64,000 bases of DNA from Nemertoderma westbladi (taxonomy: Eukaryota > Animalia > Xenacoelomorpha), in assembly GCA_032718475.1 (NCBI GenBank), contig JAUCBJ010005597.1, forward strand, positions 389 to 64,388, written 5' to 3'. Below the pieces are notes generated by a model that was not told where the DNA came from, made no database searches, and saw nothing but the letters and a program-made list of their open reading frames with translations. Shown piece by piece: positions 1-13,609 of this stretch. Position 1 is the first letter of the stretch; each line of letters starts with the position of its first letter. Position numbers and translations under genes: made by a program.

Positions 1-310
1 TTTGCTCATTTTTTATAAGTCTTTGTTTTTCTCTCATTCCGAAGCCCACAGTATCGCAAGCAAAGGCGTTGGCGATAACGTAAGTGAATGGACAGACGAT
101 GACTTCCGGTATAGATACGAATTCGCGGACCTCCATTCCTGGAGCATTGCTATTTTCTGAACCACTTTTAATGATGTCATATCGCTTTAGAATGCGTCGG
201 ACTTCTGCCTCAGCAAAAACACTCGTCTGCAGTAAATAATCGAGTTCCTCTTTAGTTAACTGTGATTCATCGGTCGTCCCATTCTCTTCTATATCTCGTT
301 CGTTATCCAT
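1..310 (-). CDS. Calcineurin B / CHP / CIB-like EF-hand protein, N-terminal part (runs off the window edge)
   Basis: Manual translation from the ATG at 310 is open to base 1: MDNERDIEENGTTDESQLTKEELDYLLQTSVFAEAEVRRILKRYDIIKSG...MEVREFVSIPEVIVCPFTYVIANAF. This resembles the CHP1/CNB N-terminus (EELEEI...FS..QITRLYSRF...DFQRIPELAINPLGDRIINAF). It is absent from the ORF track because there is no stop inside the window. Confidence 0.6.
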   Translation of the reverse strand, partial: MDNERDIEENGTTDESQLTKEELDYLLQTSVFAEAEVRRILKRYDIIKSGSENSNAPGMEVREFVSIPEVIVCPFTYVIANAFACDTVGFGMREKQRLIKNEQ

Positions 311-846
311 CCTGATTTGTTACACATAAATTGATTTCAATTTATTATAATTGAGTGTTTCAGACCATTATGTATAAACTCAGATGTATAAACACAATAA
401 TAAATTAACTAATATAATACTTGTATAATATATAGTATTATATATTTATTGGCAACATGTCCGACCGCCTCAAGTTTTCTAATTATTGAATACCGTATAA
501 TTTTGGTGGTAATACATTTTATTAGAATTAATTAATTATGAACAATATTATTAATAAATACGTTTTAGATACCAATGATTAAAATATTATACATAAATTA
601 GAGCGTCTCAAACCTCCTAATTCATTATACAGTACTAATGTACAACACACTTTTTGATTTGTATTTTACTTATCCTAAAAATAAACAAATTTCATTTTCA
701 AAATTTCAACATTTAGTAGAACTTAGTTATTGTAAAGTTTGACATGCAAAGAACATTACAAAATTACTATTTGCTCTTATAGACTTCACTACTTTTTCGA
801 TAGTGTACAGTAGACATGGAGATGCTATTTACACTTCTCAAAAGTA

Positions 847-2630
847 ACTACTACTACTACTAGGATCGGCATGCTGCATTGCAGCTGCATTTTTAAGAAT
901 GCTGTGCCGGCTTATCGACAAAATTGCACCGCCACAACTCCCTATCACCCATGACATTTGCTAGATCATCCGCATCTTCAAGGCCAGTGTCCTTTAAGAT
1001 GCGTCTAAAGAAAGTCATGGGCTGTCCACCATGCTTATTCACTCCATGAGGCTGCCAAAGTACAAGATTATGCACTGGCTGGTCCTCACGGCGAAAGCAA
1101 TGTCCTGCAGAGCGGAGGCGATTTTGTTCTAGTGTCAAGCTTGGGGGAACCAATGAGACACCTCCATGTTATATAGTGTCTGGTTGGAGATGTGTGCATT
1201 GTACTTGACACAATGAACCCGGCGTAGCATTCTTGTGAATGTGCCATCCAGAGATTTGGTGTCCTCAGCAGTTAGAGCCCAGCATGGACTCCCATAGAGG
1301 AGTACTGGAACTACTGCTGCTCTAAATAATCGGACCTTAAGTTTCCGATTAATTCTCGGCGACTTCCAAATCCTGGAAAGCCTATTCAAGGCAGCCCATG
1401 CCTTTCCCTTACGTATTCGAAGGTCCTCACCTGACTTCCGGATCCATGATCCCAGGTAACAGAAGTCATCCACATGCTCAAGCATACCATCTTTTGAGCT
1501 TATGCTCATCCGATCAGAGACTTGCTGAGGACTTCAAAAGTTAACTGTCAAAATTTTGGTCTTTCTGGAGTTAATAAAAAGACCAACACTAGAAGCAGCA
1601 TGTTCTAATGAGTTGAGGAGCCGTTGGGCTCCCTCTAGTGATTCTGAGAGTACTCCTAAGTCATCAGCAAAGTCTAGATCAGTTAGGTACTTGGCAGGAT
1701 TTCCTCGACTTCTGGAGCCAGTAGGTGGAGTTATCCTCACCCCATCATCATTATGATGATCTAAGGACATGCGTAGAACATAGTCAACAACAATTATGAA
1801 CAAGAATGGTGCAAGTGTGTCTCCCTGGAGGACGCCCCATAACACTTCAAATGGTTCTGTGTCACCGTCAACAGTAGACACAAATGTTGTCGAACCATCG
1901 TATACTGATCTGATTGCTGCAATAATTTCATCAGGAATCCCATATACTGAAAGTATGCTGAACATACGTGAGCGAGAGACTGAATCAAAGGCCTTGAAGA
2001 AGTCAACAAAGATAACAGCCAGATGCCTGTCTTTCTTTTTTGATAACTCTTCAATTATCCTTCTAAGTGCCAAAATGGGCTCCATGGTCCCACGACCTTT
2101 ACGGAACCCATTCTGATTTCCACGGAGCAGTCTCTCAATGGGATCCCTGATGCGATTTAATAGAATTCTATTGTATAGCTTTGCAGCAATCGAGATCAAT
2201 GAGATTCCCCGAAAAGAACCATAGTGTTAGGTTGCCCTTCTTGGGAACTGGCACCAACTTATTTGTTTTCATTTCTTGTGGGACTCTTGTTGTTCGGTAC
2301 ATGTCTACTATGATGGGATAGATGAGCTTTAAACACTCAGGTATTTTAAAGACCTCAGGGGGAACACCATCTACTCCACTGGCACGATTGGTTTTAATGC
2401 TCTTTGCAGCAGCCTTCACTTCTGCAAAGGAGATATCACCAATGGGAATATCTGGGAGTACAGACTCAGACACTTTTACTTCTATAAAGTTATCAGGCAA
2501 TACCCTGTCATTATTGAGGAGCTTTTCAAAGTGGGCCTTCCAACCATTGAGGCGATCGGCTGGTGATTCAGCCTTAACCTTGGTGGTTGGTTGGCTTTTT
2601 CGACCAGCAAGCAAGCAAGCAAGTTGATCA
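847..2630 (-). mobile_element. RTE-clade non-LTR retrotransposon, 5'-truncated and frameshifted
   Basis: Overlapping ORF pieces carry RT motifs (QNGFRKGR, FVDFFKAFDSV, GVLQGDTLAP, LDFADDL, FCYLGS) and the RTE-type C-terminus (LLYGSPCW, RLRSAGHC). A (TAG)n 3' tail lies at ~847-862. Confidence 0.9.
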
Positions 2631-3784
2631 ATCAATAAATTCCTCAAAGTACAATGAGATGCTTTGCGCTTGTCTAGATGAGCGTTCAAACACTTGAGAG
2701 AGGGGAATGCCAAACCCCGAATGTTACATCGAAGAGCATCAAAACGTTTCCTCACTTCAATGTTGGTTTGCACGTGGCCTACGTCATAGCAAGCCTTTAA
2801 TTTTGCATTAAAGCTTAACAACAGGGAAGCTGATGTATCCATGGCAAAGACGATAGAGCGGCTTCTAGAACACCAAAATACTACAGCGCGTTTCTATAGA
2901 GAAGCAAAATTGTGAATTTTGTCATTCTGCGGAATCGGCTATAAAGTCTACTCGGTGAAAAGCTCACAAATGCGATCACCTTGATCTGGCCGATGCTCGC
3001 AAGTGTCATCTAAGCGATCTGAATTATTAGTATTAATTAATAACAAGAACCGCAGCGCACAGAACAAAATGCCCCTTATCAATGAGGCGGTAAATTATAC
3101 CCAAACGATGCTGGTAATGTAACAAGGAGTAATTGTTGACCCAAACGATGCCGGTAATGTAACAATTGTTGACCCAGCATTGAAAATGAATTTTATAAAT
3201 TAGGCAGCAGCTTATTTTTAGCCATACTCATGCGGTGTTGCGTGATGTTAGGCTTATTCAGTAAAACATTATAAACAAGTACCGGCATGTAAAGAGTTAA
3301 TCTCGAGATTTGAAACTTTATTTAACTCTATTACTTTTAATAAAAAATAATGTTATAAAATTTATCAGGAATTATGTTTGTGTACAAAGTAGGCGGGCCT
3401 TAGTGAAGATTACCATTATCAATTAGCTATTTGTGTTGAAAGCCAACTACTCAGTTGTCCACAACCCATCAAGCAGAACTAATTTGGCAAAACGATGCAA
3501 TGAGAAATGTGCCAACAAGCACAATGATACATTATAGTCCGAACAACTGCAACTAGAGCAACCTGTCAATCAAACAAGCGCAATCCTTTGATTGAAGTAC
3601 ATTTGGGAACGACTGTACTAATACTGCAGAAAGAACGCAACTAACGCACGACACAATCATAAACCTTTTACCTAACTATCGAAGAATCCTCCAATAACCT
3701 CTCAAAGTAAGAATTTCCTACGACGTATAACGATGTACCAGACCACGAACTTAAACATACGATTGAACTGCTATAGAATTACGA

Positions 3785-4020
3785 GACGGGGAGGGGATAC
3801 TGGACGCAAAACCCGCCCTGGCGACTTAATATCCCGCCTCAATGTTAAATTCTCAATTTAGGGAAAGGAGCAGGTTACAGTGGCACGTTATATTAACCAA
3901 AACAATAAACTATACACAATAGATCAGGTTACAGTTTTATTTTTGCTCATAAACAGCTGTTGTTTTCGTCGAATTTCCCCTGGAGAGGAATTAACTTTTA
4001 TTGCATCCAGTTTCCCCCCC
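3785..4020 (+). repeat. Dispersed ~240-bp repeat; inverted copy at 43975-44225
   Basis: Shared text gagcaggttacagtggcacgtta..ttaaccaaaacaataaact; the short ORFs 3880+ and 43949- are near-identical. Partial relatives at ~12030-12100 and ~46005-46050. Confidence 0.75.
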
Positions 4021-4622
4021 TATCTGAGAATTATTGTACATATTATTATAGTATTTTTCTGCTGTATGGTTCTACAAATACTGCTAGCATATTTAAACAG
4101 TGGGAAACATAACAAGACTTTCGGACTAGACAACAGACGGGATGTAGTATTACAATTAATACCTGCATGATATTTCTATCCCCCCGTATTGGTACTAACT
4201 AATTTACTTATCTGCGTCGCTCCTTGATCAGTTAGTTACGTTTTTATCAGTCAGGTAAAATCAGCTGCCATTCACTGGCATTTGGGAAGAATTGAACAAG
4301 ACGAAGCTGATTAATTCTACACTGGGGCGTAATAAAGGTATGCATGATAATCTACCATTGGCGATAATAATAATATAAAAGAATAACCACGCGTTATTTC
4401 CTGACAAATGCAGAACCTATATGGGTAAGCTGAAAATGAGTTGAATGTGCAGGTAGTCGAGTCCGATAGTTTCAGAAGCCTAATTTCATTTCATTTCCGG
4501 TATTGCTCCATCAACAGATAAAGTAACTGTATAATTAGTACAAATCACTAAAATGAAGATCTATAATTTTTAACATCGAGATTTGTCGCAAATGTTACCT
4601 CGGATACTGTGGCCTTCATGCT

Positions 4623-4808
4623 ACATGCTTCTCATCTTGTCATTTATTTATAATTTTTGGAGGATATTGAATGCATAGTGCAATTTTATCGAATTTTGCG
4701 GTGTCTAGAACTAGCGTAGAATAGCTTTACAGTGTCGTTGACATGCTTCTCATCTTGTCATTTATTTATAATTTTTGGAGGATATTGAATGCATAGTGCA
4801 ATTTTATC
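4623..4808. repeat. Local direct duplication of ~68 bp
   Basis: acatgcttctcatc...gcaattttatc occurs at 4623-4690 and again at 4741-4808. Confidence 0.85.
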
Positions 4809-6149
4809 CCCATTGAAGTCGACTATTTATGTAGCTTACTGTTATAGACATACTCTGTATGTGATGATAACGTTGGCAAGTTTTCCTCCCATGCTGACAT
4901 TTTAATAGACCTTGAGAATATTGGACAATCCCGAAAAAAACTTACTTGCATCATTACTGAATGAAATAAGTACAGCTAATATGCTGTAAACGTTAAGCCC
5001 ACAACCGTTGACAGACACCCGAAAAACTGTTTTTACAAACAAAAATGAAAATGGAACTTAGGCTCTTGACTCTCGTTTACTGTTTTGGTTAGAATAAACA
5101 GGTTGCGAATGATACGAGTAAAACTGTGCTGATATAGTTCCCACATCTGGACCAATTTAGCAATACCTTACAAATTTAAATATGTAAATATTTGCTTTGC
5201 ATCCAGCTGATAAATATTACAGCATATATAGAGTATTGACGGTTGACAAAAAGCGCCTCAATCTCAGCTGTGATCTGGGGTTTGTCTTCATATGGCCTTC
5301 ATCATTAGAACTGTCTAACTTAAAGATCACTCGAAGATAAGTTTACTGTGAGAAGCAAAGGTCGGGAAATGTAACTATCTATAAATTCTTAAGGATTTAC
5401 TAACTGACTAACTTACTTACTAACTTACAACTAATTAACTAAGTACTAAATAGCAAAGAAGAGAGTACCGCAGTACCACACCACAGGCAGACAGGATATC
5501 ATAAATAAAGCTACTAGAAGATAGGTTGTCAGAGAAACGCCGAGAAAAACTACAATTCCAACTACCGGTAAGCGAATTAAATATACCAATCGATTCGGAA
5601 ATGGCTAACTATACAACATGTGTCCGAAGTGGCTAGTGGATGCATTGTGAAGTACGACCACTTGGTCACTCACTACTTTGTGCCATTCGAAGAGCATTAA
5701 TTATAATGAGCACACTCTGGATAATATAAAAAGAGCATGAGAGAAATTTTCAAGTACTGAGCAGCTGAGTAGGGTTTGTCTGGACGTTGTGAAATTCTTG
5801 TGAGTGATCATGATCCCTCATCCCATTTTTTGTGATTTAGAATAACTGACGAAGAAGTCCATTATATATATTCGAATCCGAATCCGAAGTACCGCATTGA
5901 CGTCCTCCCCCAGTGATGATATTGGCAGTCGATATTACCTGTATCGGAAGTACAGTCAATGTCAGTGTTGACCAGACCGTGGGATTCAATTCAATAAGGA
6001 ACTTGAAAAGCGAGATCTAGAGCTTAACTTAAACAAAAGGTTATCTTGTGTACAACAAGGTCTTACGGGATTAAGCGGGATAATGGAAAGGTTGAGCCTG
6101 TTACAGTGGAAGAGTTTGTATCCGGTACCTTCATTAAGTACATCAGCAA

Positions 6150-6690
6150 TACTACTACTAGCATCGGCATGCTGCATTGCAGCTGCATTTTTAATAATGC
6201 TGTGCCGGCTTATCGACAAAATGGCACCGCCACAACTCCCTATCACCCATGACATTTGCTAGATCATCCGCATCTTCAAGGCCAGTGTCCTTTAAGATGC
6301 GTCTCAAGAAAGTCATGGGCTGTCCACCATGCTTATTCACTCCATGAGGCTGCCAAAGTACAAGATTATGCACTGGCTGGTGCTCACAACGAAAGCAATG
6401 TCCTGCAAAGCGGAGGCGATTTTGTTTTAGTGTCAAGCTTGGGGGAACCAATGAGACACCTCCAATGTTATATAGTGTCTGGTTGGAGATGTGTGCATTG
6501 TACTTGACACAATGAACCCGGCGAAGCGCTCTTGTGAATGTGCCATCCAGAGATTTGGTGTCCTCAGCAGTTAGCGCCCAGCATGGACTCCCATAGAGGA
6601 GTACTGGAACTACTGCTGCTCTAAATAATCGGACCTTAAGTTTCCGATTAATTCTCGTTGACTTCCAAATCCTTGAAAGCCTATTCAAGG
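6150..6690 (-). mobile_element. 3'-terminal ~540-bp fragment of the same RTE family as 847-2630
   Basis: Nearly identical to ~850-1390, including the (TAG)n tail. It translates to RLSRIWKSTRINRKLKVRLFRAAVVPVLLYGSPCW. Confidence 0.92.
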
Positions 6691-8198
6691 CAATTCAGTA
6701 ATGATGGGACAATGATTCCAGATCCAGATTATAAAGATTGTCGAGATTGCGGAAGCTCTTGCTCATTTTTCATATGAGCACACAAAGAAAGCGATCGGTC
6801 ATGCTGTTGGATATACAAGGTAGGATCATGCAGAAGGAATTCTGTATGATCCTGAGAAAGTACTGATCCTTACGCGATCCTCATATAGGAATGAGCTCAA
6901 CTATTGTGCAGGAAATAGTTCCTTAGAAGGGATACAATCCTTCACAAAATCGCACATTTGTAGTATTGCAGGATCGCTCTTGGGTGTAAATATATAATTC
7001 ACCATTCCCCTGATGAATAAACTCTAAATGACTATTAAGATTCGATGCTACAAAATAAACAGTTTCGTTATTTTATTTTCATTTATCTGGATAGATATTT
7101 TGTAAGTAAAGGTCTATTGTAAAGTGTTTCATTACTTTAATTTTCAATGGTTTTCAACAAATTAAATAGTAGTGACAAGGTTCGTTCATGAACATTGAAC
7201 CTAAAATCTCATGGTAAACACCTCGGTGTCAGCAATGGTCAGTTTTACTCGGATGGATGAAGGATATAATAATTATGAGGATATTTATAATAATTATTAT
7301 ACTGATGATGATGACAGAGAACATTATATTGACCAATGTTATGGGGGGTGATGAAATAGTTGATAGCTATGATGACAATGCCTACCCTTTAACCGCTTTG
7401 GAGTATTGTAAGAATTCATCTCCTCAAGTTCATAGACAGATAATGCAGATTTCCAAGATTCACTTGATCGGGTTCATCAAGTTACTAATAACATTTTTGA
7501 TGATGTGACAATTCATGTGGAAATTAATAACATGAACGTTTGGGTCAAAATAGACTCGGAATATATCAGATAATATACTTATCTTCGGGAAACAACTGAA
7601 GCACACAATATTGCTTTAAAACAAGTGTTTGAAGATAAGGTCCATTACGCAGAGGTCGATTAGCTAAGTTTGAATACGGAACTAACTGATCAGGCTGGTG
7701 TGGTGATGACTATAACCGCTAATGCACCAAAATATGTCGCGGAGATTTACGTCAACTTGGATTCAACCTTTGTTCAACCTCTCTCACTAGCGGTGACGGG
7801 AGTGGCTTGTAAATGGCCTGTCGAGTCGATGCCCCAACTGTTTATCCTTTTCAGTACATGGTTCATTCACATTCTATCGGCGAAGTAATCTCGGGGTATA
7901 TCGTCAGAAATGGTATTTTGAATGAAAATAGAAAGAAAAGCGCAAAATTACCTCAACGATTTTAACGCACCGCCATCCAAGGAATTTCCATTACATCCGT
8001 CGATTACTTACTTAGCAGGAAGGTGTACCTATTACAATAACAAGAATGAACGAGTAGTAACTGGTTGGGGAAAGAAGAATGAAATGTGTGACATCTTTAT
8101 TTATATCTACTATGAATATAATACAAGCAATAAAATCCCCAGCGATCTATGAAATTTACTTCGAATAAAGGACTCTGGGATAAAACCTTTGGAGTGGA

Positions 8199-8525
8199 CA
8201 TTGAACAACCATCTGGATGACCTAGCCGAAGTACTACATCATTGAACAACCATCTGGGTGACCTAGCCGAAGTACTACATCATTGAACAACCATCTGGGT
8301 GACCTAGCCGAACTACTACATCATTGAACAACCATCTGGGTGACCTAGCCGAAGTACTACATCATTGAACAACCATCTGGGTGACCTAGCCGAAGTACTA
8401 CATCATTGAACAACCATCTGGGTGACCTAGCCGAAGTACTACATCATTGAACAACCATCTGGGTGACCTAGCCGAAGTACTACATCATTGAACAACCATC
8501 TGGGTGACCTAGCCGAAGTACTACT
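8199..8525. repeat. 41-bp minisatellite, ~8 copies
   Basis: Unit cattgaacaaccatctgggtgacctagccgaagtactacat. Confidence 0.95.
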
Positions 8526-8856
8526 TCAGGAAGACGAAATTAATCTAAACTCCGCAGTTTTGGTATTGCTTTCTACAATGAGATGCCCAATAACTGTAAC
8601 CTAACCTAAAACAAATATGTAACCTATAATGTAACCTAATAAAACAAGGAAATCACAACTAAATATTAATTCGAAATGTTTTAATCAATTTATTTATCAC
8701 TAAAAACAGTCAAATAACGACCCCGTTTCTGTTTTCTCCTACATAATATATAGCAATCTCTACAGTACTCCTAAAGCTCAAACAGATGATCTGGGATACT
8801 AACAGTATCCCAATAGTATACACATTATTAACATTATATTACAATAACTGACAGCT

Positions 8857-8935
8857 TGATAGTATTACAGTGCATAGTGCTGCGTGAAGGCTGTTAAACA
8901 GCCTTGACGCAGCACTATGCACTGCAATACTATCA
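8857..8935. repeat. Near-perfect 79-bp palindrome/hairpin
   Basis: tgatagtattacagtgcatagtgctgcgtgaaggctgtt-a-aacagccttgacgcagcactatgcactgcaatactatca, with 2 mismatches. Confidence 0.9.
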
Positions 8936-11900
8936 CTAAGACAATTTGTTTAGAAAGCCAGTCACCCCTGTTGGAATAAATTACCTCGAGCTGAGGAATA
9001 ATGGCGATAAGTGGGAAATATGAGAAATGAAACTGGCTCCCTTTAAATCTCTACAACATAATATGGGATGTCTAGATGAATGAATTCCCCTGGGACCCTG
9101 TGATGGAGATAGGGTGACTGAATGCTGGGGAACCTGGAGTGATGGGGCTGAAAATACAGGAAGCCAGCCAGTAAGACCATCTGTCATGCCAAACCTGTTG
9201 CATAGCACTGCATTCTGACAATGATATCCATATAACTCCCTTCATGCCATAGGGATAAAATGTTCCACCGACCAGAAATGCAATGTATGCCTACCTAATG
9301 CGACCCACATAAAGAATATTGAAAAAACTGAATGTCTTGCATCCATTCACTTAAGGGTTTCGATTGAATGTCGCGCAAAGGACTATTTATAGTAAGCCTA
9401 CTGAATTCTTCATTCAAGATGCGGTATCTGCCAGCCATCGATTGATAGAGGAGATTTCATAGATAAAAATTTGACATCACCTTGGCACACCTTAACTACC
9501 TTATCGAAAAAGGCACGATTGAATTCTGGTGTAATAAATAACTGAATTTGAGAGAAATTCAATGATATGAAGGGGCATCACAAAAACATAATCGGAAGAA
9601 GGGCACTCGAGATTTGTTAGCTGCGAGCTATCACATGGAAGATACAAAGTACATCATATCCCCTTAAAGAATTTAAAGCCACTGGTTGGCATATTGTATT
9701 GTGTAAGTAACCCGCAGATCCATCTAACTATATTGTGTAAGTAACCCGCAGATCCATCTAACTATAAAATTGATTAAATTTCTACAGGCACTGAATTTGT
9801 TTTCCATATTTTTGTGTTTCTCGCCACTACTATTAATCTCAATTGGCACCTTATTTTTTGAAAGAATGGTCCGCGATTACAGTTCCTATACCATGAATAA
9901 TGATGCATAACAAAACAAACTTGACTTTTATTGTGCACGTCTTAAGAACCTGACCAGGTATAATATGGTGTTCATATCGCTGACAGTGTTTTTCGATTTC
10001 ATGACAAATCTTCCAAAGAGACAACGATTCTACAGGGCCAAAGGTTCTACATCTACGCCTAAGCTTCAACAAAAAGTGTCAAATGTCCCAGAGTTGGGCC
10101 CAAGGTTCACAAACCTACATTATAATGTAGGTTTGTCCGAAAAATACTAATATCAAGCAGTTTTGTGTAAAAAAAATGTCAGGTGGGCCTATGATTTTCG
10201 ACCAAAAAGACCCACAACATTCAATTTTTGCCTCCGAGAAATCAAAATGTAAAGTTCCATTTGGGAAGACTTAACCCTCCACACCCCTAAATCAAAATGT
10301 TACAGCGGCGCACCCAATGTTGACGTTGTACAGTACATATCGCATACACCGTCACCATAATATACCTTTTATTCCTGTTAATAATTTTAATTTTAACAAT
10401 AATTATTCACACAAATTGTGATAGGGAACACAACGCATTTGTCATTAATAGACAAGAAGAGTAATATGTTAGGTATGTATGTGTACGATATGCCTCATAA
10501 ACTACAAAGGTATTTAATAATTGAGCAAGTCGTATACTTACTTACCGTCCGTGACTTATTACACATATTATTGCAGTTAATTCAGTTTTAACCTTCCGCC
10601 TTGGATTTGGATATACAGCGCACATAAATTTAAGTAATTAAGTTGAACGTCCACTAATAATATATCAAACAGGTGCCGTCCCTACGCCATAGCAATCAGC
10701 ACACCGCAACGCCTAATGAAACCATTTCAATGCAAGCATTAGCTGACGGAATCAGTCGCATCCTACTCAATCAAACTAATGGAATAAATAAAATCAAATA
10801 AAAATTTTATTTTAAATATGCACCGTTTAGAATGAGTGGTGGATAAGAATGCACGACACAACTAAGACAAACCAAATTGACATTTAGGATAAATTAAACA
10901 TTTTCTTGACATACATTTTTGACAATTCCAGGAAATGCTCAACGCAGATGCCATATGAGTTAATTTCAGTAGGGTACCGATAGTGTCATGAAGAGGAATT
11001 ATTTGTTACAGAGATCTCGAAATACGTCAATAAATCCGAATGATGTTGTCAATTAGCGATTTGACTTGTGGAGTAGGGACTATGCCGGAAACATTGAGTG
11101 CAAGCGCGCTGCTAATTATACTATTAATGGAGGTTAATCAACCTGAATATCGCATCTATTAATTTATCACGCCGGATCGATCTATTCCCAATATTGCATG
11201 TGATGGGTGCGCTATCAATAATATTTCTAAGAAGGAAATTTACCCGAAATGAAAGAAATTGTGTTAAAGTTTTTAAAGGCAAACCATAAGTAAGCTAATT
11301 AGAGTCCAAATTCAATATGTGTAAGTTCATCACCGCCCATCGATTTGACTGAACATAACTGACCTTGTATCAATCATATCATGATGGGACATTAGTGTTC
11401 GAAATAGACGAGGTGGGTGAACAAATTTTATAATAAAAATAAACCAGGAAACGTATTAGTGGCATAGTTTCAGATATACTGATTATTAACGGATTAATAA
11501 AATTATATAAGAAAACAAAACATATCAAAGTTAGAATCGATAATAATTATTAAAATTAATAGTTATCGACATTTCGGAAACGACCGGTCAAGGTAAAGTT
11601 ACGAGATTCCACCGGGCATTCATTACATTATATCATCACATTATATTGGGCCCTTACAGTTAGTTCGGTTGGGTTGGACTAGTTTTATGGTGATATTATG
11701 ATAGGAAGATGATAGGAACATGGATTATGATTAGCACAGACACTGTTATTAAAATATGCTGTGTGGTGAAGCAAGGAATATATGGAAATTTATTAAAAAA
11801 ATTAAATATAACAATAAATATAACTGATATATATTATTCCACTAGAACAGAAATAGGCATACTGCAGCAATGATAGAACAATTTCATCAATTAACTAATT

Positions 11901-13543
11901 AAATAATCATGACAAAGGAGCAACACAACAATTATTATAGAATATGGAATACATACAATCAATGGGTGTGAAAGCTAAACAGGCAGCAGATAAATATCAA
12001 CCACTGCTGACGACATGTAATGTTAGGTGAGAAGAGCAGATTACAGTGACAGTTAATCTAATCAAAACAATAAACGGGAGTCAATAACGCAGGTTCCAGT
12101 ATTATTGCATTCGGCATAGCGTTTACACCCAACTTTAAAGTAATAATAAGACCGAAAATTTACCTTGGTAAACTGCATCCACAGTAGGAGACTAAATTCT
12201 AGCAATTACGGTCGAATAGGCTAGGCTATAAGGCAATATTAGGGATCCATTCTATGGCTTTTAGTTAAAATAACACCCATAAAATGAAATATTGCTCCAA
12301 AGGTTTCATCGTTGGTTTGATAATTATCAGTTTAAACTTTTAGTGTGATAACTTTACACATACGGCTCGAAACTTTATTCCCCCGGGTGATAAACACGAA
12401 GCAACATTAATTGAGTCTGATGTTAGATATGCCACTCAGTACATTACAACAGTAGTTTCATTTCTGACAGTCGATTAGCATATGTCCGAGTAATACTAAC
12501 AATGCTGAGCTGATGATATCAGCATTGTTTATTGTCTTCACTTGTTTATTGTCTATAGACAATAAACAAGTGACAATCATCTCTTTCAAGAAACCGCTTT
12601 CACTTTCATTGTGTCAGAATTATTACTTCCAAGAATATTCTTAAGAAAAAATCGCACGTAATTATAAAATAAATTCAGTTTAATTGAGCTGAATTAAACT
12701 CCGAACTTTAATTTAACAATACTGTCAAGATAGACCCCCTATTTTACCGTTCTAGTAACATATAATATCATCTGAAGTGTAAAATTGATCATCTATGCTC
12801 AAATAAATATTACATCATAATATCTCGAAAAACTCAGCTTTGATATATGACTTAAACTTGACAATATGAGAAAAAATGTTGTTATTTAAACCTGAGCCAA
12901 AAAGTATTGTTAAAAGTGATTTTCGGGACCGTTCATAAATAACTTTACTAATAATTGGATTGGAAGGGGGGGGGGGGGGGGTTGTTTAACAAATTCACCA
13001 ATAGTATTACATAATTATGGGTGAGGTCGTGGAGGGGTATTACACATGTATCTTAACACACGATCACTAAAACATTATAATTAATTATTATAATTATAAA
13101 AAACACAATAAACAATGTCGCAATTTTCACTATTGTCTGAGAAATCCATTTCAGGTTTTGGTGTAATAAAGTTATTGGTCAGAATCACCAAAGAGCTGCA
13201 CAATTTAGGTTGAAAATGAGCACATCGAAAGAAAACTCATTAAATGGTTTTGGGGTTACAAAAATTAACTGAAAGAGACATGATGTCATTATCTATGAAT
13301 GACCCATTAACTAAATACTTACTGTAATAATAACTAGATGATTAATAATTTTAGTTTGATAATCTGTGGAGAGATTATATCTTTACGGATAAATGGACCA
13401 GAGATTTCAAACAATACAATCTTCTATCAAATTAGTCCGAAATTGCCGCATTTCTCAAGTTTGGTAAGTTAACGAAGTTTTTACGACACCAACATTGCGT
13501 TACTCTCATATCCGGATCCATTTCGACAAACTTCACACCAACG

Positions 13544-13609
13544 TCACGTCCGCACCTGGAAGTTTCCTGCTTTTGTAATGTACTTGACACCTTTAAATGG
13601 TTTGTATTT
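13544..13609 (-). CDS. AP3M1: AP3M exon 10 (terminal)
   Basis: tttttag|KYKPFKGVKYITKAGNFQVRT-TGA. Confidence 0.95.
   Translation of the reverse strand, partial: KYKPFKGVKYITKAGNFQVRT

Noticed and set aside
8199-8525. Common origin of the 41-bp and 49-bp repeats (acctag.c.cgaagt.ct shared in opposite orientation)
   Set aside because: The match is only ~15 nt with gaps, which is not distinguishable from chance by eye.
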